Positions 9,503-19,195 of a stretch of DNA of 64,000 nt are shown here, piece by piece. The stretch is taken from the NCBI GenBank assembly GCA_047602405.1, contig JASGHJ010000001.1, positions 1,280,001-1,344,000 on the forward strand. The letters run 5' to 3'. The notes beneath the pieces were generated by a model. The model was given only the letters and a program-made list of their open reading frames with translations, did not search any database and had not been told where the DNA came from. Numbering within the stretch: the first letter of the stretch is position 1; every line of letters starts with the position of its first letter. The translations under genes and the position numbers were made by a program. The DNA comes from Anaeromyxobacteraceae bacterium (GTDB taxonomy: Bacteria; Myxococcota; Myxococcia; Myxococcales; Anaeromyxobacteraceae).

Positions 9503-10699
9503 TCAGTACTTGAACGGCGCCGACACCTTCGCGAGCGTGGTTCGGATCCCCGCGCCGAGCTCTCCGGTCCCGAGCATGGCGGTGGACGCGTTCCCGAGGC
9601 ACCACGCCTCGTGCGCCTCGGAGACGCCGCAGAGGTTGCCCGCCGCCGCCGAGACGTCCACGAACTTCTCGGTGGAGGTGATGACCCCGGCCGGCATGCC
9701 GGAGATGAGGGGGATCGAGCAGGAGATCGCCCCCGCCGCGGTGACGCCGCAGAAGTTCACCCGCGTGGGCGCGATGGCCTTCCAGGTGCCCATGTTCGCC
9801 GGCGTGGCCGCCTTCGGGACCTGGTTGCCCCAGCAGTAGGTGAGGCCCGCCGCCGTGCGTGCGCAGGTCTCGTCGCCGATCGCGACGAGCGACTCGAACG
9901 TCTGGCCGGTCACCTGGACCGGCGCGGGCAGCGGCCGGCACGGGCCGGTGACGCCGGGGCACGTGCCGGCGGCGGTCGAGCCGAGCTGGTTGCGCGTGCC
10001 CTCGCCCCAGCACGAGACGGCGCCCGCCGCGTCGAGCGCGCAGGCGTGCGCGTCGCCGACCGCGACGTCCTTCCAGCCGGTTCCGGTGCCGATCGTCGCC
10101 GGAGGAGCGAGGCAGCCAGAGGTGCAGCTCGCCGCGGCCGCCGCGCCGGTCGTGACCGGTCCGGTGTTGCCCCAGCAGACGAGCTCGCCGCCCGTGGTCA
10201 CGCCGCAGGCGAGGTAGAGCCCGAGGGCGATGCGGGAGAACCGGCGCGCGCCGAGGCCGGGGATCTCCCGCGGGTAGTCTTCAGCGCCGAGCGGGCCGAG
10301 CCCGATCGCCGTGCCCCCGCCCCAGCCCCAGACCCGGCCCTCGGCGTCGAGGCCCATCGAAGCGGTGGCGCTCGTGACGAGCTGCTGCCACGTGTGGCCG
10401 CCGGCCACCGCCACCGGCCGGACCGAGCACTCCGCCATGAACTGGTCGATGCCGTTGTCGCTGACGACGCACGCGTCGGTCATCTGGAGGGTGCCGAGGG
10501 GCGCGACGCCCCAGCAGTAGCCCTGGCCGCCGGTGGACACACCGCAGACGTGACCCTCGGCGGTGTAGTTCGCGACGTGGACCGTCGCGAAGGCGATCGG
10601 ATCCCCGAGCGCGGTCTGCTCGGCGTCGATCGAGCCCGAGGGCCAGGGCTTGCCGCAGCCGGCGGCGAGGAGCACGGCGAGGATCGAGATCCGGTTCAT
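9503..10699 (-). CDS. RCC1-repeat lipoprotein
   Basis: Lipobox AAGC; repeated HxC(A/G)...G..xCWG RCC1 blades; alternative GTG start at 10708. Confidence 0.82.
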   Translation of the reverse strand: MNRISILAVLLAAGCGKPWPSGSIDAEQTALGDPIAFATVHVANYTAEGHVCGVSTGGQGYCWGVAPLGTLQMTDACVVSDNGIDQFMAECSVRPVAVAGGHTWQQLVTSATASMGLDAEGRVWGWGGGTAIGLGPLGAEDYPREIPGLGARRFSRIALGLYLACGVTTGGELVCWGNTGPVTTGAAAAASCTSGCLAPPATIGTGTGWKDVAVGDAHACALDAAGAVSCWGEGTRNQLGSTAAGTCPGVTGPCRPLPAPVQVTGQTFESLVAIGDETCARTAAGLTYCWGNQVPKAATPANMGTWKAIAPTRVNFCGVTAAGAISCSIPLISGMPAGVITSTEKFVDVSAAAGNLCGVSEAHEAWCLGNASTAMLGTGELGAGIRTTLAKVSAPFKY

Positions 10700-10704
10700 G
10701 GCGT

Positions 10705-11361
10705 TCACCACCCCGCCCCGAGCGCGACGGTCCACCCGCTGTCCGCGCCCTTCGTCCAGTCGAACGTCGCCCGCGCGTAGACCGGGCCGAGGGCGACGGT
10801 GGCGCCGAGCGCCGAGCCGTACTGCGTGGGCTCGCTCGGCCCGTCCACCGGATCGCCGCTCCGCGCGTAGACCTGCATGTCGTGGCTGATCAGGCGCAGC
10901 TGCGGGATCGCGAACGCGACGACGCTGAAGCGCGGCGAGCCGACGAGGCGGTACGAGAGCCCGAGCCCCATCGGCACGATGCGGCTCGTGAGCCGCGCGT
11001 TCGCGCGCAGCCCGTTCGCGTTGACGAGCCAGCCCTGCGCGAGCTGGAACCCGAGGAGCGCGCACGCGTTGAACCTGCGCTCCGGGTTCCGCTCCTCGAG
11101 GTCGTGCGTGTAGCGGAGGCCGACCGACGTGAGCTTCGAGCCGTTGGGCGGGTTCTTGAGCTTCACGTAGTTCACCGACAGCGTGCCCCGGTCCACGTAC
11201 ACGCCCGCCGTGCCGGTCACCGACTCCACGTCGTCGTACCCGGCCTGCGCGAAGACGAGGGAGGACGGGATGCCGTAGCACTCGCCCGCGGCCGCGCTCC
11301 GAGGCGCGGCGAGCACGGCGGCGGCCGTCAGCGCGGTGACGAACGTGGCGATGGTCTTCAA
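10705..11361 (-). CDS. Secreted protein, possible outer-membrane beta-barrel
   Basis: TTG start after GGAGGA SD, signal peptide, alternating amphipathic strands, C-terminal aromatic residue (VALGAGW). Confidence 0.6.
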   Translation of the reverse strand: MKTIATFVTALTAAAVLAAPRSAAAGECYGIPSSLVFAQAGYDDVESVTGTAGVYVDRGTLSVNYVKLKNPPNGSKLTSVGLRYTHDLEERNPERRFNACALLGFQLAQGWLVNANGLRANARLTSRIVPMGLGLSYRLVGSPRFSVVAFAIPQLRLISHDMQVYARSGDPVDGPSEPTQYGSALGATVALGPVYARATFDWTKGADSGWTVALGAGW

Positions 11362-11464
11362 GGCCGGTCCTCCCGGCGCTCGAGGCGCCGGGAGGGAGAA
11401 CGGCGCGAGCCGCGCGGCGTGACGGGCCCCGGTGGGGGCGGGAGGGAGGCCTGCCGAACGTGCC

Positions 11465-12532
11465 TCAGGGCAGCTCGAAGATCGCGATCTGGCTCGTGAG
11501 GCTGGAGTGGTACTCCGCTGTCCAGGGCGCGTACGCCGCGTAGGCGAGCCCGGCGTTCGCGTGCATCGTCGTCGCGCCGGTCCGGAACAGCCCGAAGACC
11601 TTGACCGGCGCGGACACCCGCACGCCGCTCGCCTCGGCACGCAGCGCCGAGACCCACATCGAGCCCCAGTCGCCGTCGACCTGCGTCGCGAGCAGGCAGC
11701 CGCCGAGCGTGTCGCAGGAGAACGTCTCGAAGTTGCCGGCGTGGTCGGAGGTCCAGGTGCGTGCGGGGGCGGACGCGGAGAGGTCGAGGCGGTCGAGCCG
11801 CGACTTGCCGGCGAACGGTGACGGGCCCGCCGCCCAGGCGACGTCGGCGGCGAGGACCTCGACCTTGCGGTAGCCGCGGACGTCCGGGTCGGTGACGTGC
11901 TGGAGGTGCCAGGTCCCGCCGGAGTCGGCCTGCAGCCGCGCGTGCCCGGCCTCGGTGAAGATCGTGAAGCCGCCGCCGAACGGCACGATGCAGGTGACCG
12001 GCGAGCCGATCGGGAAGGTGCCCGCCGTGGCGGGCGTCGCGCCGGAGAGGTCCACAAGCTCGACGGCGCTCATCGCGTAGGCGGTCGTGACGGCGAGCCA
12101 GGGGCCCGTCGCGGCGACCCGGTAGGCCCCGGAGCGGTCCATCGTCGCGAGGACCGCGGGCTGGGCGCCGTCGAGCGCGATCACCGAGACCCGGCCCTCG
12201 TCCTGGAAGGCGAGCGCCGCACGGTCGGCGCCGACGACGAGCTCCTCGGCGACGCCGTTCGAGACGCCGAGGTCGACCGTCCCGCGCACGAGCAGCTCGC
12301 CGCGGTGCGAGGGGTCGGCCGAGAACACGCGGACGCGGGCGTCGGGCCCGAGCGTGTCCCGGTACTGGGCGACCACGGTGGCGCCGGACCCGCCCACCGC
12401 ATGGACGTTCCACCCGAGCTCGAACTGCCGGATGGGCCGCAGGTCCTCGGCCTGTCCGCCCCCGTCGCTCGAGGGGCACGCGGTGAGGAGCAGCGAGGCG
12501 GCGAGCAGCAGCGGGCCGGTCGAGCGGGGCAT
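11465..12532 (-). CDS. Lipoprotein with predicted beta-propeller (LVIVD-like) repeats
   Basis: Lipobox LTAC; VELVDLSGATP and LDRLDLSASAP type repeats. Confidence 0.65.
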   Translation of the reverse strand: MPRSTGPLLLAASLLLTACPSSDGGGQAEDLRPIRQFELGWNVHAVGGSGATVVAQYRDTLGPDARVRVFSADPSHRGELLVRGTVDLGVSNGVAEELVVGADRAALAFQDEGRVSVIALDGAQPAVLATMDRSGAYRVAATGPWLAVTTAYAMSAVELVDLSGATPATAGTFPIGSPVTCIVPFGGGFTIFTEAGHARLQADSGGTWHLQHVTDPDVRGYRKVEVLAADVAWAAGPSPFAGKSRLDRLDLSASAPARTWTSDHAGNFETFSCDTLGGCLLATQVDGDWGSMWVSALRAEASGVRVSAPVKVFGLFRTGATTMHANAGLAYAAYAPWTAEYHSSLTSQIAIFELP

Positions 12533-12590
12533 GGGCGAGGTTCCCTCCGCCCGACCCGTACCGCGCCGCTTCACCGCGAGCAAGAACTGC

Positions 12591-13739
12591 CTACCGCCAC
12601 CACGTCTCGAGCGGCGGCGGGTTCACAGGCTCGACGAGTGCGCCGAGCTTCGGCACGACCAGCGTGACCCCCGCCTTCGCCGCGGCGTCGACCACCTCGT
12701 CCGCCGGCGCGTTCCACGCGTGGAAGGCGAGGTTGAAGGTGCCCCAGTGCACCGGCACGAGCACCTTGCCGCGCACGTCCTGGTGCACCTTCACCGCCTC
12801 CGCGGGCGACATGTGGATCTGCTGCCAGGTTCGGTCGCAGGCGCCGATCTTCACGAGCGTGAGGTCGAACGGCCCGTGCTGTTCGCCGATCTTCGCGAAG
12901 CCGTCGAAGTAGCCCGAGTCGCCGCTGAAGAAGAACCGGTGCGCCGGGCCCGCCACGACCCAGGACGACCAGAGCGTGCCGTCGCGGCGGAGCGGGTTGC
13001 GGCCCGAGTAGTGGCGGGCGGGCGTCGCGGTCACGGTGAGCGGGCCGACCGTCGCCGACTCCTCCCAGTCGAGCTCCGCGACCTGCGCGGCCGGCACGCC
13101 CCAGGTCTCGAGGTGGGCGCCGACGCCGAGCGGGACGGCGAAGCGCGAGCCCCGCGCCGCGAGCGCCCTCACGGTGGCCATGTCGAGGTGGTCGAAGTGG
13201 TCGTGCGACACCACGACGAGGTCGATCGGCGGCAGGGCCTCGAGCGCGATCGGCGGCGCCTGGAACCGCCTCGGCCCGACCAGCGTCGACGGCGAGCAGC
13301 GGTCGGAGAAGACCGGATCGGTGAGCACCCGCGCCCCGTCGAGCTCGACGAGCGCGGTCGCGTGGCCGATCCAGGTGACCCGCAGGCCCGAGGCGGGCGG
13401 CGTCGCGTAATCGGCGGCGGTCCGCGCGACGAGCGGGGGCGGGACCGCGGGGACGCGCTGCTCCTTGCCGAAGAACTGGTGCTGCAGCATCTCCCAGGTC
13501 GTGCCCGGCTCCAGCATGGCCGTGGGGAGCGGGTTCACGAAGACGCCGTCCTTGAAGTTCGGCGAGCGCCGGGCCCGCTCCAGCCGGGCGCCCTCGAGGC
13601 GCCCGCCGAAGGTCGCGAGCCAGGAAGTGGAGGCGAGGGTGGTCACGAGCACACCTGCCAGGACGAGCGCGGCTCCGCCGAGGGCGAGGCGGCGCCCGCG
13701 GCGGCGGGTGGGGGAAGGTCCGAGGGTGGGGAAGTCCAC
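12591..13739 (-). CDS. MBL-fold metallo-hydrolase (RomA/NAPE-PLD-like)
   Basis: TWIGHAT, LTDPVFS, SHDHFDHLD, GDSGY and PVHWGTF motifs. Confidence 0.92.
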   Translation of the reverse strand: MDFPTLGPSPTRRRGRRLALGGAALVLAGVLVTTLASTSWLATFGGRLEGARLERARRSPNFKDGVFVNPLPTAMLEPGTTWEMLQHQFFGKEQRVPAVPPPLVARTAADYATPPASGLRVTWIGHATALVELDGARVLTDPVFSDRCSPSTLVGPRRFQAPPIALEALPPIDLVVVSHDHFDHLDMATVRALAARGSRFAVPLGVGAHLETWGVPAAQVAELDWEESATVGPLTVTATPARHYSGRNPLRRDGTLWSSWVVAGPAHRFFFSGDSGYFDGFAKIGEQHGPFDLTLVKIGACDRTWQQIHMSPAEAVKVHQDVRGKVLVPVHWGTFNLAFHAWNAPADEVVDAAAKAGVTLVVPKLGALVEPVNPPPLETWWR

Positions 13740-13783
13740 GGGGTGGGCGGCATTGTACCCCCTGGCGCGAAGCCCGGAAGAGT

Positions 13784-13807
13784 CTTACTCTTACATGTAA
13801 GAGTAAG
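13784..13807. promoter_or_regulatory. Perfect 24-bp palindrome, likely autoregulatory operator of the TA operon
   Basis: CTTACTCTTACA|TGTAAGAGTAAG, AT-rich, overlapping the SD 11 nt upstream of the antitoxin ATG. Confidence 0.75.
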
Positions 13808-13818
13808 GAGCCAGGGGC

Positions 13819-14052
13819 ATGCGCATCACGAGCAAGGGGCAGGTCACCATCCCGGCCGAGCTCCGCGAGAAGGCGGGGCTCCTGCCGGACACCGAGGTGG
13901 AGTTCGAGCTGGACGGGAAGGGCGTTCGCATCCACCGGGCACGAACGCAACGCCGCGAGGGCAGAGGGGCCCGTGCGGTCGGGTCGCTGCGGGGGCGCGC
14001 GACCGTGAAGATGAGCACCGACGAGATCCTCGCGCTGACGCGCGGCGACTGA
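13819..14052 (+). CDS. vapB: AbrB/MazE/SpoVT-family antitoxin (VapB-type)
   Basis: MRITSKGQVTIPAELREKAGL AbrB motif; TGATG coupling to the toxin. Confidence 0.9.
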   Translation: MRITSKGQVTIPAELREKAGLLPDTEVEFELDGKGVRIHRARTQRREGRGARAVGSLRGRATVKMSTDEILALTRGD

Positions 14053-14468
14053 TGGCGATCCTCGTCGACAGCAACGTCCTGCTCGACGTCGCCACCTCCG
14101 ATCCGACCTGGGCGCAGTGGTCGGCCGAGGCGCTCGCTCGCGCGGCGGACCGGGCGGTCCTCGTGATCAACCCGATCGTCTACGCCGAGGTGTCGGTGGG
14201 CTTCGAGCGGGTGGAGGATCTCGAGGAGGCACTCCCGCCCGATCTCTTCCGGCGCGATCCTCTCCCTTACGAGGCCGCCTTCCTCGCCGGGAAAAGCTTC
14301 CTCGCGTACCGGCGGCGGGGAGGTAGGCGAATGACGCCACTGCCGGACTTCTACATCGGCGCGCACGCAGCCGTGGCGGGCCACGAGCTCCTCACCCGCG
14401 ACGTGAGGCGCTACCGCACCTACTTCCCCCGCCTGGCGCTCATCGCTCCGGGTGCACCTGGCGCCTGA
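14052..14468 (+). CDS. vapC: PIN-domain toxin (VapC)
   Basis: ILVDSNVLLD, IVYAE, LPDFYIGAHA and LLTRD acidic PIN motifs. Confidence 0.92.
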   Translation: MAILVDSNVLLDVATSDPTWAQWSAEALARAADRAVLVINPIVYAEVSVGFERVEDLEEALPPDLFRRDPLPYEAAFLAGKSFLAYRRRGGRRMTPLPDFYIGAHAAVAGHELLTRDVRRYRTYFPRLALIAPGAPGA

Positions 14469-14522
14469 CCCGCGCCGCCGAAATTCACCCCCCGCCGCCC
14501 TTCCTGCTATCGTTCCGGGACC

Positions 14523-15092
14523 ATGGCCACCGCGACGGACCCCCAGCGCCGCTACGAGCGCATCGAGACCGATCTCCCGTGCCGGCTCTTCATCCCGGGG
14601 CCCGGCGGCGCGCTCCTCTTCGAGGCCTTCTGCACCTCCCGGAACCTCGGCCTGGGCGGCATCTTCGTCCAGTCGAGCTTCCTCCTGAAGCGCGGCCTCG
14701 AGCTCTACGTCGAGCTCGGCCTGCCCGACGGCCCGCTGCCCATCCGCTCGCAGGTGGCGCACGTCGTCGAGCTCGAGCACGACGAGCTCGTGTCGGGCAT
14801 GGGCATCGAGTTCCTCGACGTCGACGCCCACGGTCGCGAGACGCTGCTCCGCTACTTCACGCCGGTCCGGTACGAGACCTTCTACGGCGCCTTCATCGAG
14901 GAGTTCCCGCACCTCAAGAAGGCGCTCCCGCTCCGCGACGTCTCGCTCGTCCTGAACCTGTGGGAGGAGTGGAAGATCCGCGGCGAGGGCGGGCCGCGCC
15001 TCACCTCGAGCGGCGCCCCGCCGTCGATCGGCCGCGCCGCCCGCGGGCGCCCCCCGCTCCCGGCCCCCGTTCCGGGCCACAAGAAGCGCTAG
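14523..15092 (+). CDS. PilZ-domain protein
   Basis: RRYER (RxxxR) and NLGLGGIFV motifs, GMGIEF terminal strand. Confidence 0.82.
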   Translation: MATATDPQRRYERIETDLPCRLFIPGPGGALLFEAFCTSRNLGLGGIFVQSSFLLKRGLELYVELGLPDGPLPIRSQVAHVVELEHDELVSGMGIEFLDVDAHGRETLLRYFTPVRYETFYGAFIEEFPHLKKALPLRDVSLVLNLWEEWKIRGEGGPRLTSSGAPPSIGRAARGRPPLPAPVPGHKKR

Positions 15093-15125
15093 GTCGCACC
15101 GCGCCCGCCCCGGAGGACCCGCGCC

Positions 15126-17313
15126 GTGCAGAAGGTCCGGCTCGCCTTCCTCTGGCACATGCACCAGCCGCCGTACCGCGACGCCACGAGCGGCGAGGTG
15201 CTCCTGCCGTGGGTGCGCCTGCACGCCACCCGCTCGTACCGGGACATGGCGTGGATCCTCGAGCGCCACCCGGGCGTGCGCTGCACGGTGAACTTCACGC
15301 CGGTGCTGCTCGAGCAGCTCGAGGAGGCGACGCTCGGCGCCGGGCGCGACCGCTTCCTCGACCTCAGCGTCCGCGATCCCGCCGACCTCGCGCCGGCGGA
15401 GCGCGGGATCCTGCTCCGCTCGTTCTTCATGGTGAGCTGGGACCGCCACGTCCGCCCGGTGCCGCGCTACGCCGAGCTCCTCTCGAAGCGCGGCCGGGAC
15501 CTGCGCGGCGTGGACGTCGAGCGGCTCGCCGCGACCTTCACGCCGGCGGAGCTCCGCGACCTCGCGGTGCACTTCAACCTCGCGTGGATGGGCTTCTCGG
15601 CGCTCGAGGACGACCCCGGGCTGCGCGCGCTCCTCCAGAAGGGCCGGGACTTCGACCACCGCGACGCCGCCTACGTCGTCGAGGCGCAGCGGCGGATCGT
15701 CGCCGAGATCGTCCCGCGCTGGCGCGCGCTCGCCGAGCGGGGGCAGGTCGAGCTCTCGACGACGCCCTACTACCACCCGATCCTCCCGCTCGTCTGCGAC
15801 ACCGACGCCGCGAGGCGGGCGCTCCCGGACGCCACCCTGCCGCCGCGCTTCGCCTGGCCGGAGGACGCGGCCTGGCACGTGCGCGAGGCGATCGCCGCGC
15901 ACGCGCGCCACTTCGGCCGGCCGCCCGCGGGCACCTGGCCGGCGGAGGGTTCGGTGTCGCCCGAGGCCGTCGCGCTCCTCGCGGGCGAGGGCCTCGGCTG
16001 GGCGGCGTCCGACGAGGGCGTGCTCCTCGCGTCCCTGCCCGGCGACGCCCCGCGGCTCTCGTCGCTCTACCGGCCCTGGCGCGTCGCGGCCGGCGGGCGC
16101 GAGCTGCCGATGCTCTTCCGCGACCGCGCGCTCTCCGACCTCGTCGGCTTCACCTACTCGAAGGTGCCGGCGGCCGAGGCGGTCTCCGACATGCTCGGCC
16201 ACGTCGCCTCGGTCGGCCAGGCATGGGAGGGCGCCGGGCTCCCGGGGCAGGCGACCGTGGGCGTGTTCCTCGACGGCGAGAACGCCTGGGAGCACTACCC
16301 GCGCTCCGGCCACGAGTTCCTCGACGGCCTGTGGGGCGCGCTCGAGCGCCACCCGCGCATCGAGACGGTGACGATGAGCGAGGCGACGCGCGGGCGGCCC
16401 GGGGAGCCCCAGGGGCGGGTCGAGCAGATCCACTCCGGCTCCTGGATTCGAGTCGTCCTTCCGGATTTGGATGGGCCACCACGAGGATCGCACCGCGTGG
16501 AGCGCCCTCGGGAAGGCGCGGCGCGCGGTGGCGGACGCCGAGCGCGCGGGGAGCGTCCCGCAGGACCGGCTCGCGGCGGCGCGCCGGCACCTCCACGCCG
16601 CCGAGGCCTCCGACTGGTTCTGGTGGTACGGCGAGGACTTCACGACCGAGCTCGCCGCCGAGTTCGACGCGCTCTTCCGCGGCCACGTCGCGAGGGCGTC
16701 GCTCCTCGTCGGCGCCGAGCCGCCGCCGGAGGTGCAGGGGCCCATCAAGCGCGCCGGCACGGCGCAGCCGGCCGGCGTCGAGGCGAAGCCGCTCTCCGGG
16801 CCGACCGCGCTCCTCAAGCCCACGCTCGACGGAAGGGAGACGACCTACTTCGAGTGGCAGGGGTCCGGGCTCTACCGGCCCGGCCAGCACCGCGGGTCGA
16901 TGTACGGCGCCGCCCAGGGCTTCAGCGTCCTGCGTTACGCGTTCGACCTCCAGCAGCTCTACCTGCGACTCGATCCCGCCGAGTCGCCCGCCCGCACCGC
17001 CGAGGTGGCGACGACCGTGCGCGTCGTCGTGCTCTCCCGCGAGCAGCAGCGGTGGGTCGACTTCGAGGTCGCACCCGGCGGAGGGACGCGGCCGGGCCGG
17101 AAGGGCTCGGCCGAGGTCGGCGCCTCCGCGATGGAGGAGATCCTCGAGCTCGAGATTCCCTTCGCCGAGCTCGGACTGAAACCCGGTTCCAGGTTCGCCG
17201 TCGCCGTCCACGCACTGCGCGGCGAAGTGGAGGTGGAACGGTTGCCGCGATTCGGGTACGTCAACCTCGTCGTACCCGACGCCGACTTCGAGCGGCTGCA
17301 CTGGCGGGTGTGA
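15126..17313 (+). CDS. Glycoside hydrolase family 57 (amylopullulanase-like), +1 frameshift at about 16447 (probably sequencing error)
   Basis: FLWHMHQP, YYHPILP, WPAEG and LDGENAWE in the first frame; continues in the next frame with AEASDWFWWYG. Confidence 0.9.
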
Positions 17314-17327
17314 CGCGGGGGGGGACG

Positions 17328-18203
17328 TTGGAAGAGGCGACACGCAAGCGCGCACCGCGGGACGCCGGCGCGGAGGGCAGTGGCACGGGCGAATCGCGCC
17401 TCGTCATCGTCGAGGGCGACGCCGTCACCGGCCTCTCGGTCGGGCTCGACCGCGAGATCACGCTCGGGCGCGATCCCGGCTGCGACGTGGTGCTGCCGAG
17501 CGAGGACGTCTCCCGGCGGCACGCGCGCGTGACGCCGGAGGGCGGCGGCCACCTGCTCGTCGACCTCGGCTCCACGAACGGCACCCACGTGAACGGGTGG
17601 AACGTCCAGAAGCGCGTGCTGCGCTCGGGGGACCGCCTGCAGATCGGGCCGTTCACGCTCCGTTACTTCGACGCCGGCGCCATCGACGCCCGCGACCTCG
17701 AGGAGGTCGGCCGCCTCGCGCGCCTCGACCCCCTGACCGGCATCCCGAACCGCCGCGCCTTCGAGGAGACGCTCGGCCGCGCCTTCGGGAACGCGCGCCG
17801 GTCCGGCCTCTCCTTCGCGGTCGTCACCGCCGACCTCGACCACTTCAAGGTCGTCAACGACCGCCTGGGCCACGTCGCGGGCGACGCGGTGCTCTCCGCC
17901 GTCGCCGGCCGGCTGGCCGCGGCGCTGCGCGAGGGCGACGTCGTCGCGCGGGTCGGCGGCGAGGAGTTCGCGGTGGTGCTGCCCGGCGCCGGGCTCGCCG
18001 AGGCCATCGAGGTCGCCGAGCGCCTGCGCATGCGGGTCGCCGAGTCGCCGATCATGGTGAGCGACGACGCCCTCGCCGTCACCGCGTCCTTCGGCTGCGC
18101 CGCGCTCGCGAAGGACGACGAGGAGGCCATCGCGCTCCTCGTCAGGGCGGACCAGAAGCTGTACGCCGCGAAGACCGCGGGCCGGAACCGGGTGATGGCC
18201 TGA
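17328..18203 (+). CDS. FHA-domain diguanylate cyclase
   Basis: FHA motifs GR, SRRHA and STNGT; DPLTG, DLDHFKVVND, RxxD I-site (REGD) and GGEEF. Confidence 0.92.
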   Translation: MEEATRKRAPRDAGAEGSGTGESRLVIVEGDAVTGLSVGLDREITLGRDPGCDVVLPSEDVSRRHARVTPEGGGHLLVDLGSTNGTHVNGWNVQKRVLRSGDRLQIGPFTLRYFDAGAIDARDLEEVGRLARLDPLTGIPNRRAFEETLGRAFGNARRSGLSFAVVTADLDHFKVVNDRLGHVAGDAVLSAVAGRLAAALREGDVVARVGGEEFAVVLPGAGLAEAIEVAERLRMRVAESPIMVSDDALAVTASFGCAALAKDDEEAIALLVRADQKLYAAKTAGRNRVMA

Positions 18204-18951
18204 TCACGGCCTGACCGCTCCCCCTCTCCCCCCGGGAGAGGGCAGGGGTGAGGGTCGGTCGTGCTCCCGGATCGAACAGCAGCCACGGCATCCGCTGCTC
18301 GTCCGCGCCCGCGCGGCCGCTCGCGAGCCGCACCACCGACGCCGACCAGCCGTGCTTCCCCTGCGGGACGTTCGCGAGCGGGGCATCGGACGGACGCATC
18401 GGCGCGTAGCCGAGCCGCTCGTACACCGCGAGCGCGCGCGGATTCTCGGCCTGGAGCGCCACCCGGCCGCGGGCGCCGGTGCGCTGCGCGCGGCGTGAGA
18501 GGTGCGCGAGGAGCGCGGTGCCGGACCCGCGCACGGCGCGGCCGTCGGGCGGGTCGCCAGGCGCGAGCAGGTTCCACGGCGCAGTCGCGATGAGCTCCGC
18601 GAAGACCGCGCGGCGGCAGGGGACCCACGAGACGATCCCCTGGAGCTGGCCCGCGTGGCGCGCGACCGTGATCCGGCGCTCGGAGGGCTCGCCCTCGCCG
18701 TCCTCCTCGCCGGCGAGCACGCGCCCGAGCTCGCCCGTGATGCGGCGCTCGTCCTCGAGGCGCAGCCGGGTCCCCGGGCCGATCGCGTCGCCCGAGAGGA
18801 GCGAGCGCACGATCCAGTCCCACGCGCGGAGCGCCTCGCCGAGCGCCGGCGCGGCGGGGTCGAGGTCCTCGAAGGTGAAGGAGGCCCGCCCGCGGAGGGG
18901 GCGGGCGATGGGTTCTGGGGGTTCGGCGGAGGTGGTGCTCGAGGCGGGCAT
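18142..18951 (-). CDS. GNAT-like acetyltransferase (3' end reads through a REP-like repeat)
   Basis: VRGSGTALL acetyl-CoA motif, NPRALAVYERLGY. Confidence 0.65.
   Translation of the reverse strand: MPASSTTSAEPPEPIARPLRGRASFTFEDLDPAAPALGEALRAWDWIVRSLLSGDAIGPGTRLRLEDERRITGELGRVLAGEEDGEGEPSERRITVARHAGQLQGIVSWVPCRRAVFAELIATAPWNLLAPGDPPDGRAVRGSGTALLAHLSRRAQRTGARGRVALQAENPRALAVYERLGYAPMRPSDAPLANVPQGKHGWSASVVRLASGRAGADEQRMPWLLFDPGARPTLTPALSRGERGSGQAVIRPSPGSGPRSSRRTASGPP
18220..18254. repeat. REP-like palindromic element between convergent genes
   Basis: CCCCCTCTCCCCCCGGGAGAGGGCAGGGGTGAGGG; CCCTCTCCC/GGGAGAGGG stem plus GGGGTGAGGG tail. Confidence 0.7.
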
Positions 18952-19027
18952 GGCGGGGCCGAGGACAGCACCGGGCCGGGTGGCGGGCAAGGTTCCCCCG
19001 CGAGCGCCGTGCGGACGGGGGTTTGCG

Positions 19028-19169
19028 CGTGTCCGGCACCCGTGTCGTCGCTGGGCTTCGCTGTCGCACCGGACCGGTGGTCCGCGTGTGACCGCGGGGC
19101 GAACCCGCCCCGCTTTGCCCGGCGGTCCCGTCCCGCCCGGGTTAGAGTCCCGCCGCGTGTCCGGCACCC
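19028..19169 (-). repeat. Two copies (19028-19041, 19156-19169) of the intergenic 14-mer GGGTGCCGGACACG
   Basis: Exact reverse-complement matches to the copies at 26345, 26362 and 31450. Confidence 0.8.
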
Positions 19170-19195
19170 CATCCACGAGCGACGCCCGGGGCGTG

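Noticed and set aside
12354..14468. 704-aa ORF ending in a PIN domain
   Set aside because: Only the last 138 aa from ATG 14052 are the toxin; the upstream part is the antisense shadow of the MBL gene.
15126..18203. 1025-aa GH57-FHA-GGDEF fusion in the ORF track
   Set aside because: Artefact of the +1 frameshift at about 16447; the true GH57 C-terminus is in another frame ending at 17313 and the cyclase has its own start.
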